Below, piece by piece: positions 1 to 8,811 of a DNA stretch of 64,000 nt (the stretch's first letter is position 1; each line of letters opens with the position of its first letter). The position numbers and the translations under genes were made by a program. This DNA comes from a virus, in IMG/VR virus record IMGVR_UViG_3300035704_000387, positions 4,134 through 68,133 of that record; one strand, 5' to 3'. The notes under the pieces are model-generated. The model was not told the origin of the DNA and did not search any database. It was given only the letters and a program-made list of their open reading frames with translations.

Positions 1-91
1 CGAGGTCGCCGGCTGAGCCCAGATCGTTGCGGGTCAGCTCGTAGAGCCCGTCGCGCTGCTCGCGGGTGATCGTGATCGTCGTGGCGGGCAC
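1..91 (-). CDS. Hypothetical protein outside the prophage (only the 5' part; runs off the window edge)
   Basis: GAGGAGG RBS, then GTG at 91, reading MPATTITITREQRDGLYELTRNDLGSAGDL; open to the edge. Confidence 0.5.
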   Translation of the reverse strand, partial: MPATTITITREQRDGLYELTRNDLGSAGDL

Positions 92-400
92 TGGCGCCCC
101 CTCCTCTCGGTAGGGCACCGAAGCCGGTCTCGATGCCGCCCCCGTGAGAGCAACGGCGAGTACCGTTTCTGTTGCATCGAAGTCCAGCTTCGGTGCCGGC
201 CCCGGGGCGCTCCAACGCCGCCGGGGCACTTTTGCTTATGTCGGCGCGGCGACCGTAGCTCCGCTGCCGGGCTAAAGCGAGGCGGGACCGGCTGAAATCG
301 GCGCTAATCGCCGCGTATCGGCGTCATTTCAGGCACTAGTGCCTGAAATGGAGGCGATATGCGGGGGTGGTTTGATTTCCCGAATGCCCCGCCTGAACGA

Positions 401-428
401 CGAAAGCCCGCTCCAGAGCGGGCTTTCG
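401..428 (-). terminator. Hairpin downstream of the tRNA-Gly 3' fragment (probable original host tRNA terminator)
   Basis: CGAAAGCCCGCT-CCAG-AGCGGGCTTTCG, 12-bp perfect stem. Confidence 0.75.
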
Positions 429-433
429 CGTAA

Positions 434-480
434 AGCGGCTGATGGGATTCGAACCCACGACCTTCTGCATGGCAAGCAGA
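434..480 (-). tRNA. 3' half of tRNA-Gly(GCC) = prophage attachment-site core (not an intact tRNA)
   Basis: Minus strand TCTGC-TTGCCAT-GCAGA anticodon arm, GGGTTCGAATCCC T-arm and CAGCCGC-T acceptor 3' strand; no D-arm or 5' acceptor strand upstream; adjacent to the integrase 3' end. Confidence 0.85.
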
Positions 481-571
481 CGGCGTTGCCTCAGCCTGGT
501 CCCCGTAGATGGCTTGAGCAGTGAGGTTCCCGACCACGCACCGCAATCTTGGCAACTGGATCGGATGCCAA

Positions 572-593
572 TGGGCGATTCGGTGGGCGATTC
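572..593. repeat. Putative integrase arm-type binding sites
   Basis: TGGGCGATTC direct repeat at 572-581 and 584-593, between the att core and the int stop. Confidence 0.55.
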
Positions 594-1917
594 ACGTCGC
601 GACGTTCCTGACCTTCGCCGGGGCGCCGGGGGTGGGAACCGCAACCTGCTCGCCCTCGTCAGAAAAGCGCATCAGCCTCCACACGAGCTTGCGATCGACG
701 CGCTCCCGCTTCGTGGCATAGGCGTAGGCGTCCAGCGTCATCCGGCCGTCCTTGTGACCGATCTGGGCCTGCACGTAGGGCAGCTGGCGGCCGGCCCAGA
801 AGCACAGGCAGGCGTAGGTCCGGCGTAGGTCATGCGGCGTCAGGCCCTCGGGGATCAGCAGCTTGTTGCGCTCGGCCCGTTCATTGTTGGCCCGCTTGAC
901 AACCTCGGGAAGGAAGCGCTGGATCGGCCGGGCGCCGCGCTGCGTGCCGTTGCGCGTCGCGAAGAGGGGCGTCTTCGGCGTCGGGTCGGCACGGATGATC
1001 TTCGGCAGCTGGACGAGGTGCGGGCGGACTTCCCCAAGCAGATAGGCGGTCAGGTCGATGTCGCGTTCACCGGCCTCCGTCTTGGAGCGATCGACCCGCA
1101 GCACCTCGGTGTGTACGTCGAGATCCGCAAGGCGCGCTGCGCAGAGCTCCTCGACGCGAGGACCGGCGAGGATCAAGGTGGCCAGCAGGGCCCGTCGACC
1201 GAAGCACTGGTGGTGCTGGTTGCGATCGCGCAATTCTTCCTCCCACTCTCCAGCGGCGTCGAGGAGGTCGACGACCATGTCCGGCTCGAGGAAGCGCTTT
1301 CGCTTCTTCCGTTCGCGGACCCGCCGGCGGGGGCCGCGGGCGGGGTTCGCCGGCAATAGCCCGTATTCGACCGCGTCGTCGAGGATCATCGCGAGCGCCG
1401 CGAGCGCCATGTTGATCGTCCTCGGCGAGAAGGGCTTGCCTCGCTCGGAGATGCGCCGGGCCATGTACTCGCGGAAGTCGTCGACCCAGCGGACGTCGAT
1501 GTCTTCGGTGGCGACGTGGGGCTGAGCGCCGAGGATGTGATTGAGGCGCCCCTTGTAGTCGGTGGCCGTCTTCGGCTCGAGGCCTTCTGCCTGCCTGCGT
1601 TGCCACCACCGCGACGCCGTCACGTGGAGGGTCTCGGCCTCGTCGGAGTGCGCCGGCGCGGTCGTCGCGATCGGCGGCGACCAGGTGCCGCGCTCGACCT
1701 GGCCCATAACGCGCTCTAGCTCGACTTCGGCGCGCTCCGGCGTCCAGCCCTCGTGGTTGGTCCCGAGGTTGACTCGCGGGCGCCGGCCCTTGTAGGGAAT
1801 GCGGAGACGGAAGGACTCGGTTCGACCGTCCTTCCACCGGTGGACTTCGACTTCTCCCTTTGCTGGGCGCGGCAAGCGCCGCACGCTAGTTCCCGGCGGG
1901 CAGAGGGAGGAGCTCAA
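592..1917 (-). CDS. int: Tyrosine integrase
   Basis: Catalytic R (GPRVEE), K (SKT), HxxR (HDLRR), H (IGHKD) and Y (TLDAYA); next to the tRNA-derived att; start uncertain. Confidence 0.95.
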   Translation of the reverse strand: MSSSLCPPGTSVRRLPRPAKGEVEVHRWKDGRTESFRLRIPYKGRRPRVNLGTNHEGWTPERAEVELERVMGQVERGTWSPPIATTAPAHSDEAETLHVTASRWWQRRQAEGLEPKTATDYKGRLNHILGAQPHVATEDIDVRWVDDFREYMARRISERGKPFSPRTINMALAALAMILDDAVEYGLLPANPARGPRRRVRERKKRKRFLEPDMVVDLLDAAGEWEEELRDRNQHHQCFGRRALLATLILAGPRVEELCAARLADLDVHTEVLRVDRSKTEAGERDIDLTAYLLGEVRPHLVQLPKIIRADPTPKTPLFATRNGTQRGARPIQRFLPEVVKRANNERAERNKLLIPEGLTPHDLRRTYACLCFWAGRQLPYVQAQIGHKDGRMTLDAYAYATKRERVDRKLVWRLMRFSDEGEQVAVPTPGAPAKVRNVAT

Positions 1918-2149
1918 CCCCAGTCGGCGCGGCCCTGCGTCCCGGTCGCTGCGGCTTTTTTGCCTGGCTCACGAGGGCCTCGAGGGACTGCCGGCGCTTG
2001 TAGGCGGCGATGCGGTCGGGCTCAAAGCGCAGCTGCGCGCGGCACGAGCGACCCATGCGGATCCCGCCGAGCTCGACCGCGTTCTCGCGGACCCAGTCCT
2101 CGGACATGGCCAGCTCGGCCGCCACTTCTGCCGTCGTCAGGAGAGCCAT
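1886..2149 (-). CDS. xis: Excisionase / MerR-type HTH
   Basis: MALLTTAEVAAELAMSEDWVRE...LRFEPDRI pattern, overlapping the int start; start moved to ATG 2149. Confidence 0.7.
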   Translation of the reverse strand: MALLTTAEVAAELAMSEDWVRENAVELGGIRMGRSCRAQLRFEPDRIAAYKRRQSLEALVSQAKKPQRPGRRAAPTGVELLPLPAGN

Positions 2150-2378
2150 CGACGCTACGCCCCCGACCCCCGCTGCCTGCTCTTGGTCCGATAATGAACG
2201 GGGCTGGGTACGAGCCAGGGAGCGACGAGAAGGGCAAGCTTCTCCCGGAATCTCCATGCGCGACGACGGACCTTCTGGAAGTTCTCCGGGCAGGGCGTCT
2301 CGCTCGGGCGCATGGTGCCTTCTTCAACGGCCCACGTGTGCCAGAGGCAAGGATTTCCCGGTCGGCAAACGCAGTCGC

Positions 2379-2723
2379 TCACTGCCCCTCCCTCTCAGCC
2401 TTGGCCTGCTCCCAGACACCCTGAGCTTCGGCTAGCCGCTCGGCCTTCTCCTTGGTCATGAAGCCGGGGAAGTGATTGCTCAGCCCGGTCTCGGCCCAGT
2501 GGGTGGCGCGATAGATCGACCTGCCAGGCATCTCCACCTTGCTTTCGAAGCGGGGTAACTGCTCGATGGTCATCGTCCTCAGACGAGCGGTGAGCCACTG
2601 GCTGGTCGGTCGTCGGAAGCCGAGAGCGGCGACGGCGTCCCTGAGCTCGCTGGCGGTGCACCAGGCGCCGCCGCGTAGGAAAGCGACGAGGGCGATCGTG
2701 TCGTCGGTGGGCTTGCCGCTCAT
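2379..2723 (-). CDS. Hypothetical phage protein (possible winged helix)
   Basis: ATGA-coupled gene in the early operon. Confidence 0.5.
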   Translation of the reverse strand: MSGKPTDDTIALVAFLRGGAWCTASELRDAVAALGFRRPTSQWLTARLRTMTIEQLPRFESKVEMPGRSIYRATHWAETGLSNHFPGFMTKEKAERLAEAQGVWEQAKAEREGQ

Positions 2724-3160
2724 CGCTCCCTCCCTGCTTTTAGGGCGGCGAAAGAGTCGAGCCTGCCGACTACCTGTTTCAGAATTGCGGCACGGTCTCT
2801 CGGGTAGGCGTTCGTCAAGCGTGCCTCCTCGACCAGCCAGGCTCGAAGTCGCGTTAGCGGATCACGGTCATCGATCAGCGCCGGATACTCGCGAGCATCG
2901 AAGCGGCGGTCGAAGGCCGCCACGTAGTTGGGCAGCGGTTGGAATTCTTGGTAGGGCGTGTGGCGAAACCGGGGCGGGTCTGAGATGACTTCGGCGCGTT
3001 CGCCGAGCGCCACGGCGAGACTGCATTGCTGTGAATCGCCCGGGATGCCTCGGGGCAGTTTGCCAAGTGGTCTGTAGGGGCCTTCGCGGCCGACCTTCCC
3101 AGCCCGCTGGCGGTTGATCCAAGCGAGCAACCGCAGCTCCTGTTTCGGCGTCGGCCTCAT
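2720..3160 (-). CDS. Hypothetical phage protein
   Basis: 4-bp overlaps with both neighbours. Confidence 0.55.
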   Translation of the reverse strand: MRPTPKQELRLLAWINRQRAGKVGREGPYRPLGKLPRGIPGDSQQCSLAVALGERAEVISDPPRFRHTPYQEFQPLPNYVAAFDRRFDAREYPALIDDRDPLTRLRAWLVEEARLTNAYPRDRAAILKQVVGRLDSFAALKAGRER

Positions 3161-3411
3161 CGATCTTCCCCTGCTGCTTGTAGGGCGGAGCGGCCCTTGT
3201 CGGTCAGTCCGAATTCGCTGTCGTAGTAGCGCCCATCGCGAAGGGCGAGCTGCACGTAGCAGTGGCGTGAGGCGGCGAGACGGCGCAGGCGTTCGTGCGC
3301 AGAGCGATCCTCAACTCCGAGACACTGTGCGATCTCGTCGATGCGCGCGCGACCTTCCAACGCGTTCAGATGCCTCAGCGTCTCTATCTGAGAGGGACGT
3401 AGCTCAGGCAT
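3157..3411 (-). CDS. Small winged-HTH protein
   Basis: QIETLRHL...IDEIAQCLGV...HERLRRL...LTDKGR wHTH pattern. Confidence 0.6.
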   Translation of the reverse strand: MPELRPSQIETLRHLNALEGRARIDEIAQCLGVEDRSAHERLRRLAASRHCYVQLALRDGRYYDSEFGLTDKGRSALQAAGEDR

Positions 3412-3598
3412 CGTCGCCCTTTCCTGCTCGAATGGTGATGCGGATATTTAGGCGCCCGATGACGTAGCCGAGAAGAACGCCAGCGAGAGGTGCGGCGATG
3501 TAGGCGACTACGGGCTGGCCAGTTACGGCCCCGACTACCGCAAAGACAGCGAGGGACATCGCCGCCAGCGTGATCGCGACTGCGAAGTCCTCGGACAT
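3404..3598 (-). CDS. Small membrane protein
   Basis: Two hydrophobic segments; coupled to neighbours. Confidence 0.55.
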   Translation of the reverse strand: MSEDFAVAITLAAMSLAVFAVVGAVTGQPVVAYIAAPLAGVLLGYVIGRLNIRITIRAGKGDDA

Positions 3599-3909
3599 CA
3601 GCCCTCTCCTTTGTGTTGAGAGGCGGCCTTAAGCGCGGAGCGGTAGATCCGTCTCTTATCTATAGACCGTCCATTGACCGAAGGGAGGAGAATCGATGTC
3701 CCGACGAACTTGGCGCCGCTGTCCTTCCTGCGGCGGGGTACTCGGCCAAGCCACTCGTTACGAGTGAGAGCTGGGACGTTCTCCACGCCCTGCTCGAACA
3801 TGTCCGTTGGATAGCCCCAGTTGCCCTCGGCTGAAGGCAGGTAGAAATCGGCAGGAGGATTGGGCCGGCCGTGAAGGAGAGCGCGAAAGAAGTCGCGAAG
3901 GCGGGTCAC
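3598..3909 (-). CDS. Hypothetical phage protein
   Basis: Coupled gene chain. Confidence 0.5.
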   Translation of the reverse strand: MTRLRDFFRALLHGRPNPPADFYLPSAEGNWGYPTDMFEQGVENVPALTRNEWLGRVPRRRKDSGAKFVGTSILLPSVNGRSIDKRRIYRSALKAASQHKGEG

Positions 3910-4232
3910 GGGCTCTCCTCTCCCTGCTGTGGGGGGGCACCGGTTTTCAGAGGCTCGGGAGCATCCGGCCAGTCAACGCCGTGGCGCTCTGCCATCTCGA
4001 CGCACTTTGGGCAGCGGTACTCGGGTGCCCACTCGTCGCTGCCGCCAACGATCCTCTCCGGGTCGCGGGGCCACCAAGCGACGGCGCCGCAGAGGGACTG
4101 ATCGGGCTCGCGGATCAGTCGACCTGAACGCAAAGGCTCGGTCGGGTACAGGTGGACGTTGGCCCGGGTGCCACCGCGGCTGCCGGCGAAGCACTGGTTC
4201 CTGGGTACGTGGTAGCGGGCGCGACCGTTCAC
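3906..4232 (-). CDS. Hypothetical protein with CxxC motif
   Basis: GTGA-coupled start at 4232 (MNGRARYHVP...CPKC). Confidence 0.5.
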   Translation of the reverse strand: MNGRARYHVPRNQCFAGSRGGTRANVHLYPTEPLRSGRLIREPDQSLCGAVAWWPRDPERIVGGSDEWAPEYRCPKCVEMAERHGVDWPDAPEPLKTGAPPQQGEESP

Positions 4233-4486
4233 CGCTCCCCACCCCCGCTCGGCTCCGGGCGGCGGGCAAGGATCTCCTCGGCTTCGTCCAGGTATTCGCC
4301 AGCGAGGGTGAGGTCGCCGTACCCGAAATTCGAGATGGCGTCGGCGATCCGCGCCGATCCCTTGGTGGCGATGGGAAGGTTGTAGGTGATTGCCCCGATG
4401 TCCGCCGGGTTCTTCGGCGTGAGAGTGGACACCGTGTGCACGGCGCTGTAGATGCGGGCGAGGACATCGCGCTCCTTCTGGTTCAC
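4229..4486 (-). CDS. Hypothetical phage protein
   Basis: Coupled gene chain. Confidence 0.6.
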   Translation of the reverse strand: MNQKERDVLARIYSAVHTVSTLTPKNPADIGAITYNLPIATKGSARIADAISNFGYGDLTLAGEYLDEAEEILARRPEPSGGGER

Positions 4487-4665
4487 GACACGTCACCCCC
4501 GCTCGGCTCCTTCTCGGCGGCATTCAGCTCAGCGGCGTGCGCCCGAGCGTCCTCCTCTGAGTCGTAGGCAGAGGCCCTTACCTGCTTGACCGTGTCCACC
4601 ACGCACCAGGCGGGCAGCCAGTCGTAGCCGGGACCGGAGGCGCGGACCACGAAGCGATCAGCCAT
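4483..4665 (-). CDS. Hypothetical phage protein
   Basis: Coupled gene chain. Confidence 0.55.
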   Translation of the reverse strand: MADRFVVRASGPGYDWLPAWCVVDTVKQVRASAYDSEEDARAHAAELNAAEKEPSGGDVS

Positions 4666-5044
4666 TCTCCGGCTCCTTCTCCTGCTTTGGCTCCGTCAAC
4701 TCGTGCACGTCGAATGGACTGACCGGGAAGTCGCGGAAGGCGTTGGCACGAGCGAGCCCCCTGTCGGTGAGCAACCAGCTCAGCGTGTCGTCATGGTGCG
4801 GGCCGGCACTCGATACCAGGCCGCGTTGCTGTAGCCCTCGGAGACGCGCGGCCGCCGCGCTCACGGTCACGCCGAGGACACGAGCGATTTCCCGGGTGGA
4901 TGCCATGCCATCTACCTCTGCCACCGAGTGCGCCTCGAAGACCTCCCGGTCCCGATTGTTGAAGAGGACGTAGCCGCCCGAGTAGGCGAGAACGAGAGCG
5001 CGGAAGGTGCGAAAGACCTCAGCCACGGTCGGCCTCCGGCTCAT
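4658..5044 (-). CDS. MarR-like winged-HTH protein
   Basis: STREIARVLGVTVSAAAARLRGLQQRGLV...LTDRG. Confidence 0.65.
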   Translation of the reverse strand: MSRRPTVAEVFRTFRALVLAYSGGYVLFNNRDREVFEAHSVAEVDGMASTREIARVLGVTVSAAAARLRGLQQRGLVSSAGPHHDDTLSWLLTDRGLARANAFRDFPVSPFDVHELTEPKQEKEPENG

Positions 5045-5049
5045 CCCCC

Positions 5050-5545
5050 GTTACACGATCTACCGTGTGACGGTCTGGGGCACCCTCTTGCTCGGGGGAC
5101 GCGTAGAAGCTCATCGAGGGATGACCTCACGTAGGTCGCCGCCTGCCCGCTCGATGAGAATGCGGCTGCCCTGCCGGCGCTCTTCGTGGAACCAGCGCTC
5201 CAGGGCGATGGCGTCCCGCAGGATCTCCGCCTTCGTCTTGCCGCTCTCCTCGGCGAGGAGGGTGAGATCGGCGAACGCGCCCTCGGAGAAGTTGACGTTG
5301 ACGCGGTGGATGAGCTTACCCACGGTCCACCCCCGGCTCCCGGCCACCCTCCCCTACATCGGTGGGCTGGGTAAGGGCAACTTCCAGGTCGGCGCGGATC
5401 TGCAACGCCTCCGACACGTCGGTGTTCACCCGGACGCCGCTATGCCAGCCCCGCCGCGCTCGCATCACGTCGGCGACCATCGCGTCGGTCACCACGGCGG
5501 GATCACCCGCCCCCTCGGTTACACGATCTACCGTGTAATGGTCTG
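5050..5545. repeat. Pair of 28-bp direct repeats with internal palindrome (5050-5077 and 5518-5545)
   Basis: GTTACACG-ATCTAC-CGTGTRAYGGTCTG, 2 mismatches between copies. Confidence 0.85.
5111..5347 (-). CDS. Ribbon-helix-helix (CopG-like) protein
   Basis: HRVNVNFS beta strand, then LTLLAEESGKTKAEILRDAI helices. Confidence 0.75.
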   Translation of the reverse strand: MAGSRGWTVGKLIHRVNVNFSEGAFADLTLLAEESGKTKAEILRDAIALERWFHEERRQGSRILIERAGGDLREVIPR

Positions 5546-6554
5546 ACTGCGTCGCGTTGATGCGGTGGAGCCGGTCGCGCTCGGTGGCGAGGATGAGAGA
5601 AGCCAGCTCGGCAAGGAGTTGCAATGCCGTCGGAGGCAGGCCGAAGTCCTCGGCAATGGCATCTAGGTCGTCGCCTCCATGTGCGCGGTCGAAGACATCG
5701 CGCACCCGCAGGCCGCCGCTCAGCGCGAGCATAGGTTCGCCGTCGGCAATCCAGGGCAGCGAGTAGATCGGGAGGCTTTTGAGCCCGACGTAGATCGGCT
5801 CCGAGCCACCCTCTCCCCCATCAGTAGAGCCGCGACCTTGGCGGATGCGCTCGTAAACCTCGTACAGGCGGTCCACTTCCTCGGAGCCGCAGCCGACGCC
5901 GCCATCCACGGTAAAGGGCTCGACCGCCGCCATCAGCTCGGCTAGTGCTTCAGCAGAGCCACGGGTACCTTGGGTCTCGGGGACTGGCTGGGTGGCGGCG
6001 AATAGCTCGAAGCCCTTGGCGATGTAGCCGTCTAGCTCTTCGCGGACGAGGGCGAGGGTGTCGTCACGGCCTCGGAGCCACGCCGCGTTCTCAAGGTCGC
6101 GGCAGTTCGTGTGGAACTCGGTCGGTGCCGACTCCAGCCCAGCGCGTTCGAGCAGGCCGGTGACCTCAATCGCAATGTCACCTTGAAGCGCCTCTCGGTC
6201 CCCTTGGGTCTCGGGGTGCTGGTTGGCTGGTTCGTAGGTGGCGGCGAAAACCTCTGCTGCGACGGGCCAGAGATCGTCGGGTGCTGCGGTGACGATCCAC
6301 TCGGTAGGACCGGCGCAAACCCACTGGCCTTGCTTCGTTCTGACCTCAAGAAAGCCGCCGCTCTCCTTGTAGGCCCGCAGCCGTGACACCCCGCCGTGGC
6401 CCTCGTCCGTCTCGGGGTCAACCTTCAGCCCGTCAATAACCCACTGCGGCAGGAGGCACTCGTGCTCGGCCCCTACGCTGTCGATGATCTCTGAGGCCCG
6501 GACCGCCTCGACCTCAACAGCCTTCTTCCGGTACCGGTTACTCACTGCCATCAC
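5316..6554 (-). CDS. Mosaic hypothetical protein with an internal DUF433-like segment
   Basis: N-terminal RYRKKAVEVEAV domain; GEPMLALSGGLRVRDVFD...AIAEDFGL segment. Confidence 0.6.
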   Translation of the reverse strand: MMAVSNRYRKKAVEVEAVRASEIIDSVGAEHECLLPQWVIDGLKVDPETDEGHGGVSRLRAYKESGGFLEVRTKQGQWVCAGPTEWIVTAAPDDLWPVAAEVFAATYEPANQHPETQGDREALQGDIAIEVTGLLERAGLESAPTEFHTNCRDLENAAWLRGRDDTLALVREELDGYIAKGFELFAATQPVPETQGTRGSAEALAELMAAVEPFTVDGGVGCGSEEVDRLYEVYERIRQGRGSTDGGEGGSEPIYVGLKSLPIYSLPWIADGEPMLALSGGLRVRDVFDRAHGGDDLDAIAEDFGLPPTALQLLAELASLILATERDRLHRINATQSDHYTVDRVTEGAGDPAVVTDAMVADVMRARRGWHSGVRVNTDVSEALQIRADLEVALTQPTDVGEGGREPGVDRG

Positions 6555-7806
6555 CTCCAGGGGCCGGGGAATCCCCCAGGGTGCGATCTACCGTCTCGCG
6601 GATTTCGAGAATGGTCCCGTCTCGCGCCTCACCACGCCCGGTGTGAAATCGCACGTCGCGCAGCGCCCGTTCCAACTCTGCAATTCGTTCCTGCTTGACG
6701 CCTTCCTCGCCTCCATGGGATGGCGACTCGATCTGCTCAAGGGCGGCCTCCAGGCCGGGCAGGAGATCGGAGACCGCAAGCTGCCGCTCACCCGCGATTC
6801 GCAGTTCGAGGTCTGCGATCACGTCGGCTAGTGCTTCCTCACCTCCAGCCCCCTGTGGGTCTGAGGGGGTGGTTGGTTGCTGGGTGGAGTCGCCCGAGCG
6901 GGACTGGTCCGCGTAGTAGAGGATCTGCGCGACGATCTCGGGCCAGTTCGCCTCCTGAGTCGCACCCCCCGGCATGTCGAAGACCGCATGCGTGGGCTGG
7001 AATCGCTCCAGCACCTTCCTCGCAAGCTCGTCGTAGTCCGGCTCCCCCTGCTCTACCTGGGGGTCGGGGACGTTGGAGGCGAGGCGGCGGATCAGTCGCG
7101 CATCGTCTTCATGGAAGCGGGGATCGGCGTCGGGTGCGTGGACGGCGCCGATGATGTCCGCGATCTCGATGAGGCGCTTGCGGTCGGGATCGCCTAGCTC
7201 CAGCTCCGGCCGCCCTCCCTCTACTGGTTGGCAGCGGGGGCAAAGGAAACGGGCGACCTCGGAGACGAGCGAGTACGGGCGGGCCAGCGGGTCGAGGTCC
7301 TCCCACTCGCAGCCGCCGTAGACCCTCAAAAGCCAGGCGTGCGCTGCCTTCGTCGCCGCCTCAAACGCCTCGTCAGAGACGATCAGATGCGGACCACCGC
7401 TCCCGTCGCATTCAACGGCACCGGCTCTCCGCGAGCCTTCCTCGGCGCCGGCGGGCGCAGCGGTGACAGATGCCCGATGGGCCTCCGCCTCTCGCTCGGC
7501 TTCATTTCGGTTGCGCCTGACGATCCCTTTCCAGCCGCACGTGCAGGTGGCGACCGCGCCGGAAGCGTGCGGGTGAATCGTGCAGACGTGCCCCTCTCCT
7601 ACCTGCCCTTGGTCCTCATGGGAGTCCAGGGCGGCTCGGAGCTTGACGACAGCTTGGTCGGCCGAGGCGTTGAGGCGGCGGACTTCGGCCAGCTCGACCT
7701 CGTCCATGCTGGCCATCTCGGCAAGCCGGGAGTGCGCCCGCTTCGCTAGCTGCTGGGCCTCCTCAACCGTCAGCTCTACACATACGGTCCTCTCAGGCTG
7801 GGGCAT
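6538..7806 (-). CDS. Mosaic hypothetical phage protein
   Basis: Long coupled ORF; CTCGW Zn-knuckle; acidic linkers. Confidence 0.6.
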   Translation of the reverse strand: MPQPERTVCVELTVEEAQQLAKRAHSRLAEMASMDEVELAEVRRLNASADQAVVKLRAALDSHEDQGQVGEGHVCTIHPHASGAVATCTCGWKGIVRRNRNEAEREAEAHRASVTAAPAGAEEGSRRAGAVECDGSGGPHLIVSDEAFEAATKAAHAWLLRVYGGCEWEDLDPLARPYSLVSEVARFLCPRCQPVEGGRPELELGDPDRKRLIEIADIIGAVHAPDADPRFHEDDARLIRRLASNVPDPQVEQGEPDYDELARKVLERFQPTHAVFDMPGGATQEANWPEIVAQILYYADQSRSGDSTQQPTTPSDPQGAGGEEALADVIADLELRIAGERQLAVSDLLPGLEAALEQIESPSHGGEEGVKQERIAELERALRDVRFHTGRGEARDGTILEIRETVDRTLGDSPAPGGDGSE

Positions 7807-8023
7807 CGGCTGGCTCCTTGCATAGGGCGGCGATGGCTAGGTCGAGCCCCGGATCGCGGTGTTTGGGTCGGTGGCGCTTCGCGTCTCGGCGGTCGGCGCA
7901 TTGGTCGTGTTCGTCCGACGCGCAGCGCCAGTGCGAGTAGGGGCGTGAGCCGAGGCGGGCGGGCACTCGCTGCCGGTGACTCGTCATCTCGCCGCAGACG
8001 ATGCAGGCGCCGGTCTCGCTCAT
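7793..8023 (-). CDS. Small Cys-rich protein
   Basis: CIVCG...HWRC; coupled. Confidence 0.5.
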   Translation of the reverse strand: MSETGACIVCGEMTSHRQRVPARLGSRPYSHWRCASDEHDQCADRRDAKRHRPKHRDPGLDLAIAALCKEPADAPA

Positions 8024-8811
8024 CGGTCAGCCTCCTGGTCAGAGTCGGGGCGGCCACCGAATCGCGGATCAGTCTCGGGATCGACCGTCTCCAACTCGGT
8101 GTAGGTAGCTGCTCGGTCGGGCTGCTTCTTGCCGGTGCCGTGGCAGGAGCAAGTGCATGGTGCAACGCCGTCTTTGCCCTTGTTGTCGCAGCGGTCATGG
8201 CGATTGATCGCGCACTCGGCCGAAATCCGCGCCCAGATCGGCGAGGTTCGCTCCTCTCCCTCTACCGGGGAAGCGCCGGGAAGTTTGCCTTCGGCAACAA
8301 GCTCTTCTCCTCGGTCGACATCTCGTTGGGTTACCCGGTCCTCTACCGGGGAAGGTGAGAGGGCGGCGTCAATGACTTCTTCGACCGCTCCGAAGGGCAG
8401 ATTGTCGTAGTCGTTGCCCTCGGTGTCGAGCTTGTTGAGCCCGGCCATGATTTGATCGCGTGCTCGCTCCCGCTCAACGGCAAGAGCCGCCTTGGCGTTC
8501 TGGGCGCGCTCAGCTTCACGTTGGCTCTCGGCACGTAGAACGTCGGCGTCGGCGTCGTCCATCTTCAGGGCGACACGCGCACGCAGATCGTCTACCTGCT
8601 CTTCAACCTCTTTCCGCTTCTCCTGCTCGGCTTGTAGGCGGGAGATTGGGACGACCTCGAAACCGACTTGCGTTGCGGAGCCGAGGCCGCCGGGATTGCA
8701 GGCCCAGCACACGCCGCCAACCGTTGAGTCAGCGACGTGGCCTTTCGGGCAGATCCAAATCTTCACCGGCCTCTCCGGCCACTGGTTCTGCTCAGCAGTC
8801 ATCGGAGCCAC
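8020..8811 (-). CDS. Mosaic hypothetical protein (Zn motifs and coiled coil)
   Basis: CPKGH/CWAC motifs, coiled coil, CTCSCH. Confidence 0.55.
   Translation of the reverse strand: MAPMTAEQNQWPERPVKIWICPKGHVADSTVGGVCWACNPGGLGSATQVGFEVVPISRLQAEQEKRKEVEEQVDDLRARVALKMDDADADVLRAESQREAERAQNAKAALAVERERARDQIMAGLNKLDTEGNDYDNLPFGAVEEVIDAALSPSPVEDRVTQRDVDRGEELVAEGKLPGASPVEGEERTSPIWARISAECAINRHDRCDNKGKDGVAPCTCSCHGTGKKQPDRAATYTELETVDPETDPRFGGRPDSDQEADR

Noticed and set aside
434-510. Intact tRNA-Gly gene
   Set aside because: Sequence 5' of the anticodon stem cannot form a D-arm or pair with the acceptor strand; it is only the att duplication
5050-5545. Xer/dif (pdif-type) sites
   Set aside because: Length and 6-bp spacer are similar, but the arms do not resemble the XerD consensus TTATGTTAAAT
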